Origin: an uncultured bacterium
GTDB taxonomy: Bacteria; Armatimonadota; HRBIN16
Assembly: GCA_964579145.1 (NCBI GenBank)
Contig: CAZOGB010000001.1
Coordinates: forward strand, 12,573-76,572
Direction: 5' to 3'
Length of the DNA stretch: 64,000 nucleotides
In this document: piece by piece, positions 8,785 to 18,661 of the stretch
Numbering within the stretch: position 1 is the stretch's first letter
Layout: each line of letters begins with the position of its first letter
The notes under the pieces: model-generated
Told to the model about the DNA's origin: nothing
Database searches by the model: none
The model's input: the letters and a program-made list of their open reading frames with translations, nothing else
Translations under genes and position numbers: made by a program

Positions 8785-9081
8785 TACAGCAGTTCCCGGT
8801 GCCGCTCCACCACGTTGTGGAACGCTTCGGCAATCTGGTCGATCAAACCGTCCGCAGGCTGAATCCACCCCGACAGCCCAAACACCCTTTCGCGCATCCC
8901 CTCGGAGATGGGGAAATCTCCCGGCTTGTATCGCGGGGGTTGATTCGCCGGTCCGGGGTGTCCGGGGCCCCATAGTCCGGGCAGGTCTCTGGTGTACAGG
9001 GCACGCCGGTCTCTGCCATAGCTCTGCGGTGGGAACGTTTACTGCCCGGTCACCGCCGAGTAACGCCAGCGGTTTTGCCAT
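8785..9081 (-). pseudogene. Small hypothetical ORF with apparent -1 frameshift (MAKPLALLGGDRAVNVP.. then ..PPQSYGRDRRALYTRDLPGLWGPGHPG..MRERVFGLSGWIQPADGLIDQIAEAFHNVVERHRELL*)
   Basis: A strong RBS (AAGGAGG) precedes the ATG at 9081. The first frame degenerates into R/P-rich junk and would overlap the crp 3' end. The protein-like C-terminus is in the -1 frame and ends at 8785. Confidence 0.3.
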
Positions 9082-9218
9082 CCCTGTTCCCTCCTTGATG
9101 CGCATTGTCACTATCCCCGCGCCGTTCTCCCAGCTCCTCCAGTACCTCGTCGGCAGCCAAAAGCCTCACGCCTTCCTCAATCGCTCTATTGCGTAACGAC
9201 AACAGTGCTTGTTGCCAA

Positions 9219-10277
<1,059 letters not shown>

Positions 10278-10309
10278 ACCTTCAGTGTATCCCGCCACAG
10301 GGCAGGGCG

Positions 10310-13300
10310 TCAAGGGGAGCCGCCATACCGTAGAGACACACTGATTTGCGCCGGGGCTTGCACGCTCTGCTCCTCGGCGAGGTTGATGGTCACCATGCCG
10401 TTCTCTACCTGCACGGATGAGGGCACGGTTCGCCCCGCTATCTTCACGGTACAGGCGCGCAGTTTGGCTCCCTCGGGCACCTGGAACACCAGCTGGCGCA
10501 GGTTCAGGTAGCCATAGCGCAGGTCAATCTCCTCTCGCTGTTCGCCGCGCGTCCGCTTTTGCTCAAACAGCCCCCATCCGGTGCCTGTGATGAAGAAGCT
10601 GCGATGGTCGTGCAGCTGCCAGCGAGGCGCGAAGCCCAGCACCCCGGCGGGCGTATCCAGTATCAGCCCCTGCGCCGCCAGCAGAAGCCCGAACGAACTC
10701 ATCGCGCGGGCGTAGAACTTGCCGCACTCCAGCTCGTTGAACGGGTTGCCGCCCGGGCCGGAGTTCAGCCCATCGCGCCGCCGCCCATCGTAGCGGCTGC
10801 GGGCAGTGTCCACAATCTGCACCGCCTCATCCACCATGCCTTCCCACAGCATCAGCCCCGCGGTGGCGTATTCGATGCCCGTCCACACCTCATCGGCGTA
10901 GACAATGAAGGGGTCCGGTCTTCCACCGTGAGGCCAGGTGCACATCAGCAAGCCGCCCTCGTCGTCCAGCACGTAGCGGCGCGGTATCTGCGTGTGCCCG
11001 TGCATGTTGCGGCGGAAGTTATAGCGGAAGATGGACTGAAGCGCCTGGCGCACCCGCTCGCGTGGATACAGATAGCCCAGCCCCAGCTGGTGCGCCCACC
11101 ACTGCCCCAGCAACTGGTCGCTGTGACAGCCCGTGTTGTAGTCGTTGGCGGCAGGCGTGCCGGGTTTCTGGATGTAGTACTCTCCGTTCCACAGCTGCGC
11201 GTCCTGATTGCGCATTCCCGCCAGCCGGATTCGGCGATACCGTTGCGCGGAGGCGGTGTCGCCCTGAAGTTCTGCCATGCGTTCCGCCGCGGCAAGAGCG
11301 CACAGATACTGCGAGCCGATGAAGGTGTTCGCTCCAGACACGGCGCAGTCGTAGGTGTTCCACTGATGCCCGGCGGGCACGCCATCCTCGTCGGGGTCTA
11401 TTGCTTGAATCAGCCAGTCGGTTGCCAGCCTGACCCGGCTCCACATCCTGCGCAGGAAGCGGGGGTCGGGAGAGGTCAGGTGCTCGCGATAGGCAGCGCA
11501 TATCGTGGCGCACTGTCCATCAATGAAAGCGTTGTGCGGCCAGTGCTGGCGGTGCGAGGTCTCGCCGTTGGGATGCAGATACACCAGCAGGTCGCTCTCG
11601 CGCATGTTGCGCCCGATTTGCGGAAAGAGGCGGGCATGGGTTTGCGCATAGTTCCAGACGTGCGTGCAGTTTAGCGGACAGCAGCCGTAACTGCCCTCAA
11701 AGCCGCCGAAGTAGCCGTCGCCGGACCAGAAGCAGGTAGGTCCGCGCAGGATGACCGCCTGTGAAGTAATTGCGTCCAGCATCAGCGGCGGCAGGTTCGA
11801 CTGGTACATCGTCTGGTGGTATCTCTGCGTCCAGCCCCACAGTCTATCCATCTGCTGAAGCACGTACTGTGTCACCTCGTAGGCGCTGCGGAACCACCGG
11901 GTGTACAGGTTCCCTCTGTGGCTGAACCGTTCTACGTTGGGGTAGTGCCAGCCGAGCACAAAGGTCACCGTTTGCGACTGTCCGGGTCGCAACCGCAGGG
12001 GCACGTCCATCGCGCCGTGAACGCCCACAGATGTGCCTTCCTGTTTCAGGTCGGCGAGGTTGTTCCATCGCTGGAAGCGGGGTTTGGCGTGGTCTGTCGC
12101 CAGTACTGTCTCGCCCCAGCGCGGATGCGCGGAGACCAGCTGCATCGGTTGCGAGATGTCCAGCCCGACCGACATGGCAAACAGCTTCGGCATCCATGCG
12201 GCGGGGAGGTTGCGTGCAAGGCACAAGATGATTCTGCCCTTCTCCACCGTTCGCATCAGCAGGAGCGGCGCACCGTCTGTCGTTTGCGCCAGCACCTGCC
12301 AGTCCTCTGGCTCAAAGCCCTCCAGCCGCAGCACGTTTCGTGCGCGCCACTGTGCGGCCTCCAGTCCGGGCAGGAGGCGTTGTCCTTCGGGTGTCCACTG
12401 AGCCGAGAGCCTGCGGTTATCCACGCTCATGCTGGTTGCACGGAACGCGAGGGCGTCGCGCAGAGCCTGAACCGCCTGCACCGCAGGGAACAGGGGCACT
12501 GGCGGCGTGTCCGAAAAGACGATGTGATCAATATTGATGTGCCCCCAGCCGCCGGAGTGCTTGTCCACAATCTGAATCTGCGCCTGCTTGCCGATGAACT
12601 CCGACACATCCCACTGGTGAGGCTCCAGACGCTCATTATCCCGTCCCGTTGCGGTACGCACGACCTGACCGTCCACCAGCAGGTTGATGCAGGTTTCGCC
12701 CGGGTGGTTGCCCCCACCAATCAAGAAACCGATGTAGCGCTTCTGCACCGTGAACGGGCGCGAGGTGAGTGTGCCCTGCGGCTCGTCGTTGGGCAGGTAG
12801 GTGTTCACTAGCCCTTTGCCCCAGAAACCGCTTACAGGTTGCTGCCAGGGGCTGGTTCCGGTGTGCGGTGCGCTGCCGAAGGCGGTTCCCTCCACCGTCC
12901 ACCCCTCGTAGCTGCCCTTCTCGAAGTCTTCAAACACCTCCCACGGCGGGGTGGCATCGTTCCAGAAATCCGGGCTTGGGCTGGTAATCAGCACGGTTCC
13001 GCCTCCCTGCAGGATTTGCCATGCCCCCGATAACATGGGAAGCGTATCGGGAGAAGACCGCGCAGTGGCAGCAATGCTCTCTAGGCGCGGCAACCAGAAC
13101 AGATTCGGGGTCGGCAGCTCCTCCCGCTGGGCAGTGTAGAGCCTGAGCGCACCGGGCGGCGGGTATCCCGTGCTGGGCGGCGAAGTGGGCAGTGCGGGCG
13201 GATATATCAGCGATTTGCCCACCGGTGCAGAGCGCGGCAAGGTCGCCAGCAGGGAGAGCGACAGCGTGCGCTTACTGCGATTGCGAAGCGTCCAGCGGAA

Positions 13301-13864
13301 CACGGCGCACGGCAGGGAGGAATGGAACGGGTCCAGCGGTATCAGCGGATTAAACGCCTCCAGCATGAGGTCTAACGGTAAATCGCCGGCATCAAAACGC
13401 AGGCGGGCGATGGGATAGCCACCCTCGTAGGTGAGCGACGGCAGGGCAGATACGCCCTGCTCGGCAACGGTTTGCAGAACACGCAGGTCGTCGCCGATGC
13501 GCAGGGCAAACAGGGCGTTCTCCAGACGCTCTTCGGTGAAGTTATTGAAAATCTGCCAGACCGCCAAACGCCCCTGCCCGTCCAGCCACACCGTGCCGGT
13601 GCCGATACCGCCGATGGGCATCAGCACGTACTCCAGGTTCTGCCCGCGATACGTACGGGGTGTCTGCGTGGAGCGTGCACGCACAGTGGGAAGCGGAGGC
13701 AGAGTGCTTCGTTCCACCTGCCAGACGTTGCGACGCATTTCCTGCTCCTGCGCCGATAGCACGCGACCGAACGCGACCTCCGCCGTGCCAATCAGCATCA
13801 CCTGCAAAAACTCCCGACGGCTTACGCCTCCGCATCCTCCTGAACAGCCGCACTCTCGCTTCAT
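10310..13864 (-). CDS. Large secreted glycoside hydrolase, GH116 family (beta-glucosidase/glucosylceramidase-like) with Tat-type signal and inserted concanavalin-like lectin domain
   Basis: The 1184-aa ORF carries a twin-arginine motif (SRREFLQ). The GH116 N-domain motif PIGGIGTGTVWLDGQGRLAVWQIFN is present. The GH116 catalytic-domain motifs (FWSGDGYFGGFEGSYGCCPLNCTHVWNY; WNGEYYIQKP; CHSDQLLGQWW) are present. Confidence 0.75.
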   Translation of the reverse strand: MKRECGCSGGCGGVSRREFLQVMLIGTAEVAFGRVLSAQEQEMRRNVWQVERSTLPPLPTVRARSTQTPRTYRGQNLEYVLMPIGGIGTGTVWLDGQGRLAVWQIFNNFTEERLENALFALRIGDDLRVLQTVAEQGVSALPSLTYEGGYPIARLRFDAGDLPLDLMLEAFNPLIPLDPFHSSLPCAVFRWTLRNRSKRTLSLSLLATLPRSAPVGKSLIYPPALPTSPPSTGYPPPGALRLYTAQREELPTPNLFWLPRLESIAATARSSPDTLPMLSGAWQILQGGGTVLITSPSPDFWNDATPPWEVFEDFEKGSYEGWTVEGTAFGSAPHTGTSPWQQPVSGFWGKGLVNTYLPNDEPQGTLTSRPFTVQKRYIGFLIGGGNHPGETCINLLVDGQVVRTATGRDNERLEPHQWDVSEFIGKQAQIQIVDKHSGGWGHINIDHIVFSDTPPVPLFPAVQAVQALRDALAFRATSMSVDNRRLSAQWTPEGQRLLPGLEAAQWRARNVLRLEGFEPEDWQVLAQTTDGAPLLLMRTVEKGRIILCLARNLPAAWMPKLFAMSVGLDISQPMQLVSAHPRWGETVLATDHAKPRFQRWNNLADLKQEGTSVGVHGAMDVPLRLRPGQSQTVTFVLGWHYPNVERFSHRGNLYTRWFRSAYEVTQYVLQQMDRLWGWTQRYHQTMYQSNLPPLMLDAITSQAVILRGPTCFWSGDGYFGGFEGSYGCCPLNCTHVWNYAQTHARLFPQIGRNMRESDLLVYLHPNGETSHRQHWPHNAFIDGQCATICAAYREHLTSPDPRFLRRMWSRVRLATDWLIQAIDPDEDGVPAGHQWNTYDCAVSGANTFIGSQYLCALAAAERMAELQGDTASAQRYRRIRLAGMRNQDAQLWNGEYYIQKPGTPAANDYNTGCHSDQLLGQWWAHQLGLGYLYPRERVRQALQSIFRYNFRRNMHGHTQIPRRYVLDDEGGLLMCTWPHGGRPDPFIVYADEVWTGIEYATAGLMLWEGMVDEAVQIVDTARSRYDGRRRDGLNSGPGGNPFNELECGKFYARAMSSFGLLLAAQGLILDTPAGVLGFAPRWQLHDHRSFFITGTGWGLFEQKRTRGEQREEIDLRYGYLNLRQLVFQVPEGAKLRACTVKIAGRTVPSSVQVENGMVTINLAEEQSVQAPAQISVSLRYGGSP

Positions 13865-14085
13865 GCCTGTGCCTCCTGTCTCTCCGAATGCCTTCGTTCG
13901 TCTGCGCGATTTTTATTCTCGCCAAGTGGTGCAGATGCCTTTTCCGCGCCCGGCGATACCAGCAAGAGCCGACTATCTGAGTTTGGAGAGGTGCAGGAAA
14001 ACTCGTATGTATTTGAGAACCAAAGTCAAGAGTAGCATTATGGTAAATTAATGGAGATGCTTGTTCGGCGCACGGAGCAGCAAAG

Positions 14086-15231
14086 ATGGCGAGTGTCAGG
14101 ATTCGACCTGATGGGAAGGTTCTGTCTTGGGCGATTGAACGCTCGCGAGTAGACCTTCGCTCAAAGTTCAAGAAGCTTGATCGCTGGCTTTCTGGCGAAG
14201 TACAGCCTACTCTGCGTCAGTTAGAAGAGTTGGCTAAGGCTGCCAATGTGCCATTCGGCTACCTTTTTCTCAAACAACCGCCTGAGGAGATCCCTCCCAT
14301 CCCTCTTTTCCGAACGATAGATCAGCAGCCGACAGAACGTCCCAGCCCAGAACTACTGGATACCATCTACATTATGCAGCGTCGTCAGTCGTGGATACGT
14401 GATTACCTGATTGAACAGGGGCAGGAACCCATAACTTTTATTGGCTCCGCTGCTGTGCGTGACGACGCGCGTGTGGTGGCGCAGCGGATTCGGGAGCAGC
14501 TAGGCATAGACCCCCAGTGGGCGAACGCCCACCAGACATGGACAGAGGCTTTGCGTGCCCTGCGGGAGAGAGTCGAGGAGGCAGGTATTCTGGTTGTTAC
14601 CAATAGCATCGTTGAGAACAACCCGCACCGTAAACTAGATGTTGAAGAGTTCCGCGGCTTTGTGCTGGTAGACGAGTACGCCCCGCTTGTTTTTGTCAAC
14701 GGTTCTGATGGCAAAGCCGCCCAAATGTTTACTTTAGCTCATGAACTGGCACATCTCTGGCTGGGGAGCAGCGCCATATTTGATCTGCGCAATCTTCAGC
14801 CTGCAACTGATGAAACCGAGCAAGCGTGTAATCGTATCGCAGCTGAGTTCCTAGTGCCGAGTGAGCAGCTGGCGAGGTTCTGGAATGAGGTTCGCGACCA
14901 GTCTGATAGATTCCACGCCATCGCCCGCCAATTTAAAGTGAGTGAAATTGTCGCGGCACGGCGCGTGCTGGATTTGGGGCTCATCAGTCGGGATGAGTTT
15001 TTTGAATTTTATGAAGAATATCGACAACGGGAATACGGACAGATAACCGCTCGACAGGGTGGCGATTTCTACGCTACACAAACGCTGAGACTTGGCCGGC
15101 GATTTGCCGAGGCTGTAGTACGCGCAGCCAGAGAAGGCCGACTGTCCTATGGAGAAGCCTATCGCCTGACCGGTCTGTACGGGGAAACGTTTGAGAACTT
15201 TGCACAACGACTACTGGGAGGCAGGTTGTGA
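14086..15231 (+). CDS. HTH (XRE-like) domain fused to ImmA/IrrE family zinc metallo-endopeptidase
   Basis: The 381-aa ORF has an N-terminal HTH-like segment (SWAIERSRVDL...LEELAKAANVPFGYLFL). A HEXXH motif (AHELAHLWLG) lies in the ImmA/IrrE-type domain. The gene sits in a lower-GC segment. Confidence 0.8.
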   Translation: MASVRIRPDGKVLSWAIERSRVDLRSKFKKLDRWLSGEVQPTLRQLEELAKAANVPFGYLFLKQPPEEIPPIPLFRTIDQQPTERPSPELLDTIYIMQRRQSWIRDYLIEQGQEPITFIGSAAVRDDARVVAQRIREQLGIDPQWANAHQTWTEALRALRERVEEAGILVVTNSIVENNPHRKLDVEEFRGFVLVDEYAPLVFVNGSDGKAAQMFTLAHELAHLWLGSSAIFDLRNLQPATDETEQACNRIAAEFLVPSEQLARFWNEVRDQSDRFHAIARQFKVSEIVAARRVLDLGLISRDEFFEFYEEYRQREYGQITARQGGDFYATQTLRLGRRFAEAVVRAAREGRLSYGEAYRLTGLYGETFENFAQRLLGGRL

Positions 15232-15734
15232 TTTTTGAACCTCCCTTTGTTCTCGACTCGAACGTCTTCATTGAAGCAGCCAAACGCTACTATGCTTTTG
15301 ATATTGCTCCTACTTTTTGGCAAGAGCTGGTACGTCATGCCCGCAGCGGCAGACTCTTTAGTATCGATCGCGTTTACGATGAACTGATGAAGGGAGGGGA
15401 CGAGCTCGCCCGATGGGCCAAACGGGATTTCCTTTCGTATTTTGCTTCAACGGCTGATCAAGAGGTTTTGGAAGCCTACGGAGAGATCATAAACTGGGCG
15501 TATGCGCAGGCGCAGTTTACTGAAGCGGCCAAGCACGACTTTGCTCGTGCAGACAATGCCGACGCCTGGCTCGTCGCTTATGCAAAGGCAAAAGGTTGTG
15601 TGGTAGTAACACACGAGCAGTATAAACCAGAGGTAAAATCCAAGATTCCTATTCCGAATATCTGTCGGGCATTTGGCATCCAATACGTAGATACGTTTAC
15701 AATGCTGAGACAACTTGGGGTAACATTCCGGTAA
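15228..15734 (+). CDS. DUF4411 family protein (PIN-like predicted nuclease)
   Basis: The N-terminus FVLDSNVFIEA is typical of DUF4411/PIN-like proteins. A GTG start forms a GTGA overlap with the upstream ImmA/IrrE gene, indicating translational coupling. GC is about 48%, well below the flanks. Confidence 0.75.
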   Translation: MIFEPPFVLDSNVFIEAAKRYYAFDIAPTFWQELVRHARSGRLFSIDRVYDELMKGGDELARWAKRDFLSYFASTADQEVLEAYGEIINWAYAQAQFTEAAKHDFARADNADAWLVAYAKAKGCVVVTHEQYKPEVKSKIPIPNICRAFGIQYVDTFTMLRQLGVTFR

Positions 15735-15834
15735 GCACAACAATCGACTAACAGGATGAAGCGGCACAAATGGTGCTAGAACAACCTGTCCTTCCACCAC
15801 GTAACCACATAGGAATCCTCGCACTCCGAAGGGA

Positions 15835-16683
15835 ATGGATATACACAGTAATCTGGCAGAGGGACGGGAGATGATGAAACAGGTAACCCTTCAGCAGGGA
15901 TATAACCCGCTCGTCCGGGAGGGCGAGATGGAATACATCCAGTTCGGCGTCTTCAGGGGCAGTGCTGGCGATACCTTTACGCTGGATACCGGAGAGCAGG
16001 AGGCGGTGCTGGTCATCCTGTCGGGCAGATGCCATCTGCACGTCAATGAACAGGACTATGCGCACGTCGGCGGGCGACGCAGTGTGTTTGAGGGCAACGC
16101 CTGGAGCCTCTATGCCCCCAACCATACCCGCATCACCATCGAGGTGGTGGACGAGGCGGAAGTGGCAATCAGCCAAACGCGCGTGCCTGCCGCGGGCGAG
16201 CCCAGACTGATTGCGCCCCATGAGGTGAACGTGCGCGATGTGGGCGTGTGGAACTGGCGGCGCGACGTAAAAGACATCGTGGACAAACGCATCCCCGCCT
16301 CGCGTCTGGTGGTTGGCGAGACCATTAACCCGCCCGGCAACTGGTCCAGCTGGCCGCCCCACAAACACGACGTGCACCATCCGCCCTTCGAGAGCAAGCA
16401 GGAAGAGGTGTACTTCTTCAAGGTTCAGCCTGCGAACAGCTTCGGCGTAGCGCGGCTGTACACCGCCGAGGGCGACGTGGACGAGCTGTACCCCATTCGC
16501 GACAACTCGGTGCTGTTAATCCGAAAGGGCTACCACCCCATCGCGGCGGCGCCCGGCACGCGCGTGTACTACCTGTGGACGCTGGCTGGGGAGAGCCGAG
16601 ACCTTATCCCCAACGACGCCCCCGATTATCGCTGGATGAAGGACACGGAGGCGGTCCTGCGTGAGTGGCAGCGCAACCTGTAG
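15835..16683 (+). CDS. iolB: 5-deoxy-glucuronate isomerase (IolB, cupin)
   Basis: PGNWSSWPPHKHD...EVYFFK matches B. subtilis IolB (SGNWSSYPPHKHD...ETYYHE). The start may be the ATG-ATG at 15871. Confidence 0.85.
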   Translation: MDIHSNLAEGREMMKQVTLQQGYNPLVREGEMEYIQFGVFRGSAGDTFTLDTGEQEAVLVILSGRCHLHVNEQDYAHVGGRRSVFEGNAWSLYAPNHTRITIEVVDEAEVAISQTRVPAAGEPRLIAPHEVNVRDVGVWNWRRDVKDIVDKRIPASRLVVGETINPPGNWSSWPPHKHDVHHPPFESKQEEVYFFKVQPANSFGVARLYTAEGDVDELYPIRDNSVLLIRKGYHPIAAAPGTRVYYLWTLAGESRDLIPNDAPDYRWMKDTEAVLREWQRNL

Positions 16684-16689
16684 GAGGTC

Positions 16690-17376
16690 GTGATGATCGA
16701 GCACTGGCAGCGGGTTCTGGTCTTCGCCGCCCACCCCGACGATGAGATTATCGGCTGTGGAGGCACGATTGCACGCCTCACCGCAGCGGGCAGGCAGGTG
16801 TTCGTGGTCACCTTCTGTGCAGGGGAGACAGGCTACAGCAGTCCCGAAGAGAGGGACACCATTGCCCAGAGACGCCTCGAGGAGGCGCGGGAGTGCGACC
16901 GGGTGCTGAACATCACCGAGCGGGTGATACTGGGCAAGCCCACGCAGGGCGTGACTAACGACCGTGAAACCTATCAGCAGTGCGTGCAGCTGATCCGCAA
17001 ATACCGCCCCGATGTCATCCTCACTCACTGGAACGAAGATAAGCACCGCGACCACCGTGCCATTTCCGCCCTCACCGACGAAGCCCGCTGGAAGGCGTAT
17101 GAAAACGTGCTGGCAGACCTTGGCGAGCCGTGGTACACGCCGGAGCTGTACTACTACGAGGTGCTGGAGCTGTTCCCGCATCCATCCCTGCTGATAGACA
17201 TCAGCGATTTCATGACGAAAAAGCTTCAGGCGATGGAGACCCAGCAGAGTCAGTTCGCTGTTCTGCCCGGCATCATGAATTACATCGAGGCGCTGGGGAT
17301 GGTGCGCGGCTACGCCCGCGGCACGCGCTACGCCGAGGCGTTCCTGCGCTCAAACCTTTTGCCGACCTTTGGATAG
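16690..17376 (+). CDS. PIG-L / LmbE family N-acetylglucosaminyl deacetylase
   Basis: VLVFAAHPDDEIIGCGGT is the signature of the zinc-dependent PIG-L deacetylases. Confidence 0.8.
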   Translation: MMIEHWQRVLVFAAHPDDEIIGCGGTIARLTAAGRQVFVVTFCAGETGYSSPEERDTIAQRRLEEARECDRVLNITERVILGKPTQGVTNDRETYQQCVQLIRKYRPDVILTHWNEDKHRDHRAISALTDEARWKAYENVLADLGEPWYTPELYYYEVLELFPHPSLLIDISDFMTKKLQAMETQQSQFAVLPGIMNYIEALGMVRGYARGTRYAEAFLRSNLLPTFG

Positions 17377-17396
17377 ATGGAGAGGAGGTACATCCG

Positions 17397-18290
17397 GTGA
17401 AAATCAGCTGCTGTTGGCTGTATGCCATCAGTAAATACGGCTATCCGCCCTCGCTGGAACACACCTTCAAGGTGTTGACCGAGATGAAGCAGATGAGATT
17501 CGACAGCATCGAACTGGAAGGCGTGCGGGAAGCGAACCTGAAGGAGGTGTACCAGCATCGCGCCGAGCTGAAGGCGCACTGCGAGGCTCTGGGCTTGAAG
17601 GTGATTAACTTCTGCCCTGTCCTGCCCGACATCGTTTCGCTGGATGAGGCAAAGCGCCAGAAAGCCAAAGACCTGTACCTGCTCGGCGTTGAGCTGGCAA
17701 ACTACTTCGGCTGTGCGACGGTACAGACCGACAGCTTCATCCCGCCGCTGGAGTTCGTGGGCGACGTTCCTTACAAAGAAGCCATCAAGTTCGGCAGGCA
17801 GTTCAAGGTGAAGATAGACCCGGACTTCCGCTGGGAGGAGCTGTGGTCGGCGATGGTGGATAGTTTCCGCTTCTGCGCCGAGCGAGCCAGAGACGCCGGA
17901 CTGAAGTTTTGCCTCGAGCCGCGCGTGGGCGAGCTCATCAGCAACACCGACGCCTTCCTGCGCCTGTGGGAGCACGTCGGCAGTGACAACTTCGGCATGG
18001 TGCTGGACACCGGTCATCAGAACGCCCAGAAGGAGATACTGCCCCTGTCGGTGGAGAAGCTGGGCAAACGCATCTTCTACGTGCATGTGTCAGACAATGA
18101 CGGCAGGACGAACGAGCACCTTGCCCTGGGCGAAGGCACTATCGACTGGGAAGGGGTGTTCACCGCCCTGTGCAAACACGGCTACGACGGCTATGTGGCT
18201 ATCGATATCGGCAACGTGCCAGATATCGAGAAAGCGTACATCCGCTCGCGCGAGTTTCTGGAGGGGCTGGCTGAACAGCTTGGGGTGTGA
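17397..18290 (+). CDS. Sugar phosphate isomerase/epimerase (xylose isomerase-like TIM barrel; IolE/IolI-like)
   Basis: A GTG start follows the GGAGAGGAGG RBS. Motifs typical of the AP-endonuclease-2 / xylose-isomerase-like fold (FCLEPRVGE, VLDTGHQ, HVSDNDG) are present. The 5' extension in the ORF track overlaps the upstream gene. Confidence 0.75.
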   Translation: MKISCCWLYAISKYGYPPSLEHTFKVLTEMKQMRFDSIELEGVREANLKEVYQHRAELKAHCEALGLKVINFCPVLPDIVSLDEAKRQKAKDLYLLGVELANYFGCATVQTDSFIPPLEFVGDVPYKEAIKFGRQFKVKIDPDFRWEELWSAMVDSFRFCAERARDAGLKFCLEPRVGELISNTDAFLRLWEHVGSDNFGMVLDTGHQNAQKEILPLSVEKLGKRIFYVHVSDNDGRTNEHLALGEGTIDWEGVFTALCKHGYDGYVAIDIGNVPDIEKAYIRSREFLEGLAEQLGV

Positions 18291-18344
18291 AAGACATACA
18301 GGGCATGTGGGAACACATGCCCTGCCTACACGCCAGCCAGAAAA

Positions 18345-18605
18345 CTACTTGCCAGGAGTTGTCTGCTGGCTCTGGAGTTCCTTCGCAACCTCGGGGTGAT
18401 ATTGCAGGAGCTGGTTGATGGCAATCGCTTTTGCCTGTGGCGGCATGTTCGGGTTGTTCTGGATTCGCTGAATCTCCGCCTTGATGTCTTCGGTGGTCAT
18501 TCGCTTGGGTGGTGGCTCCTTCGTGCGCTGATACTGGAAGGCGAATATCAGCACCGCGATGATAATCAGCACCACTGCGATAAGCACCTTCTTGTTGTTA
18601 TCCAT
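18345..18605 (-). CDS. Small single-pass membrane protein (hypothetical)
   Basis: The 86-aa ORF has a GGAGG RBS 10 nt upstream. A single hydrophobic helix (VLIAVVLIIIAVLIFAF) is followed by a K/Q-rich tail. Confidence 0.5.
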   Translation of the reverse strand: MDNNKKVLIAVVLIIIAVLIFAFQYQRTKEPPPKRMTTEDIKAEIQRIQNNPNMPPQAKAIAINQLLQYHPEVAKELQSQQTTPGK

Positions 18606-18630
18606 CCTGCATCTCTCCTCCAGCGAATTG

Positions 18631-18652
18631 GGGGCAGGTTACCCTGCCCCCT
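18631..18652 (-). terminator. GC-rich hairpin (gggggcagg-ttac-cctgccccc) 3' of the DUF1559 gene
   Basis: A perfect 9-bp stem sits 10 nt downstream of the stop of the minus-strand gene 18662-19486. No clear U-tract follows. Confidence 0.35.
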
Positions 18653-18661
18653 GTTGATGGA

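Noticed and set aside
8605-9111. 168-aa ORF on the minus strand overlapping the crp 3' end
   Set aside because: Only the first ~17 codons look protein-like. The rest is R/P-rich and overlaps crp by 100 nt. It is re-interpreted as a short frameshifted gene ending at 8785.
17130-17396. N-terminal 89-aa extension of the sugar-phosphate isomerase ORF
   Set aside because: It overlaps the PIG-L deacetylase gene in another frame. A GTG with a GGAGAGGAGG RBS at 17397 gives a normal start.
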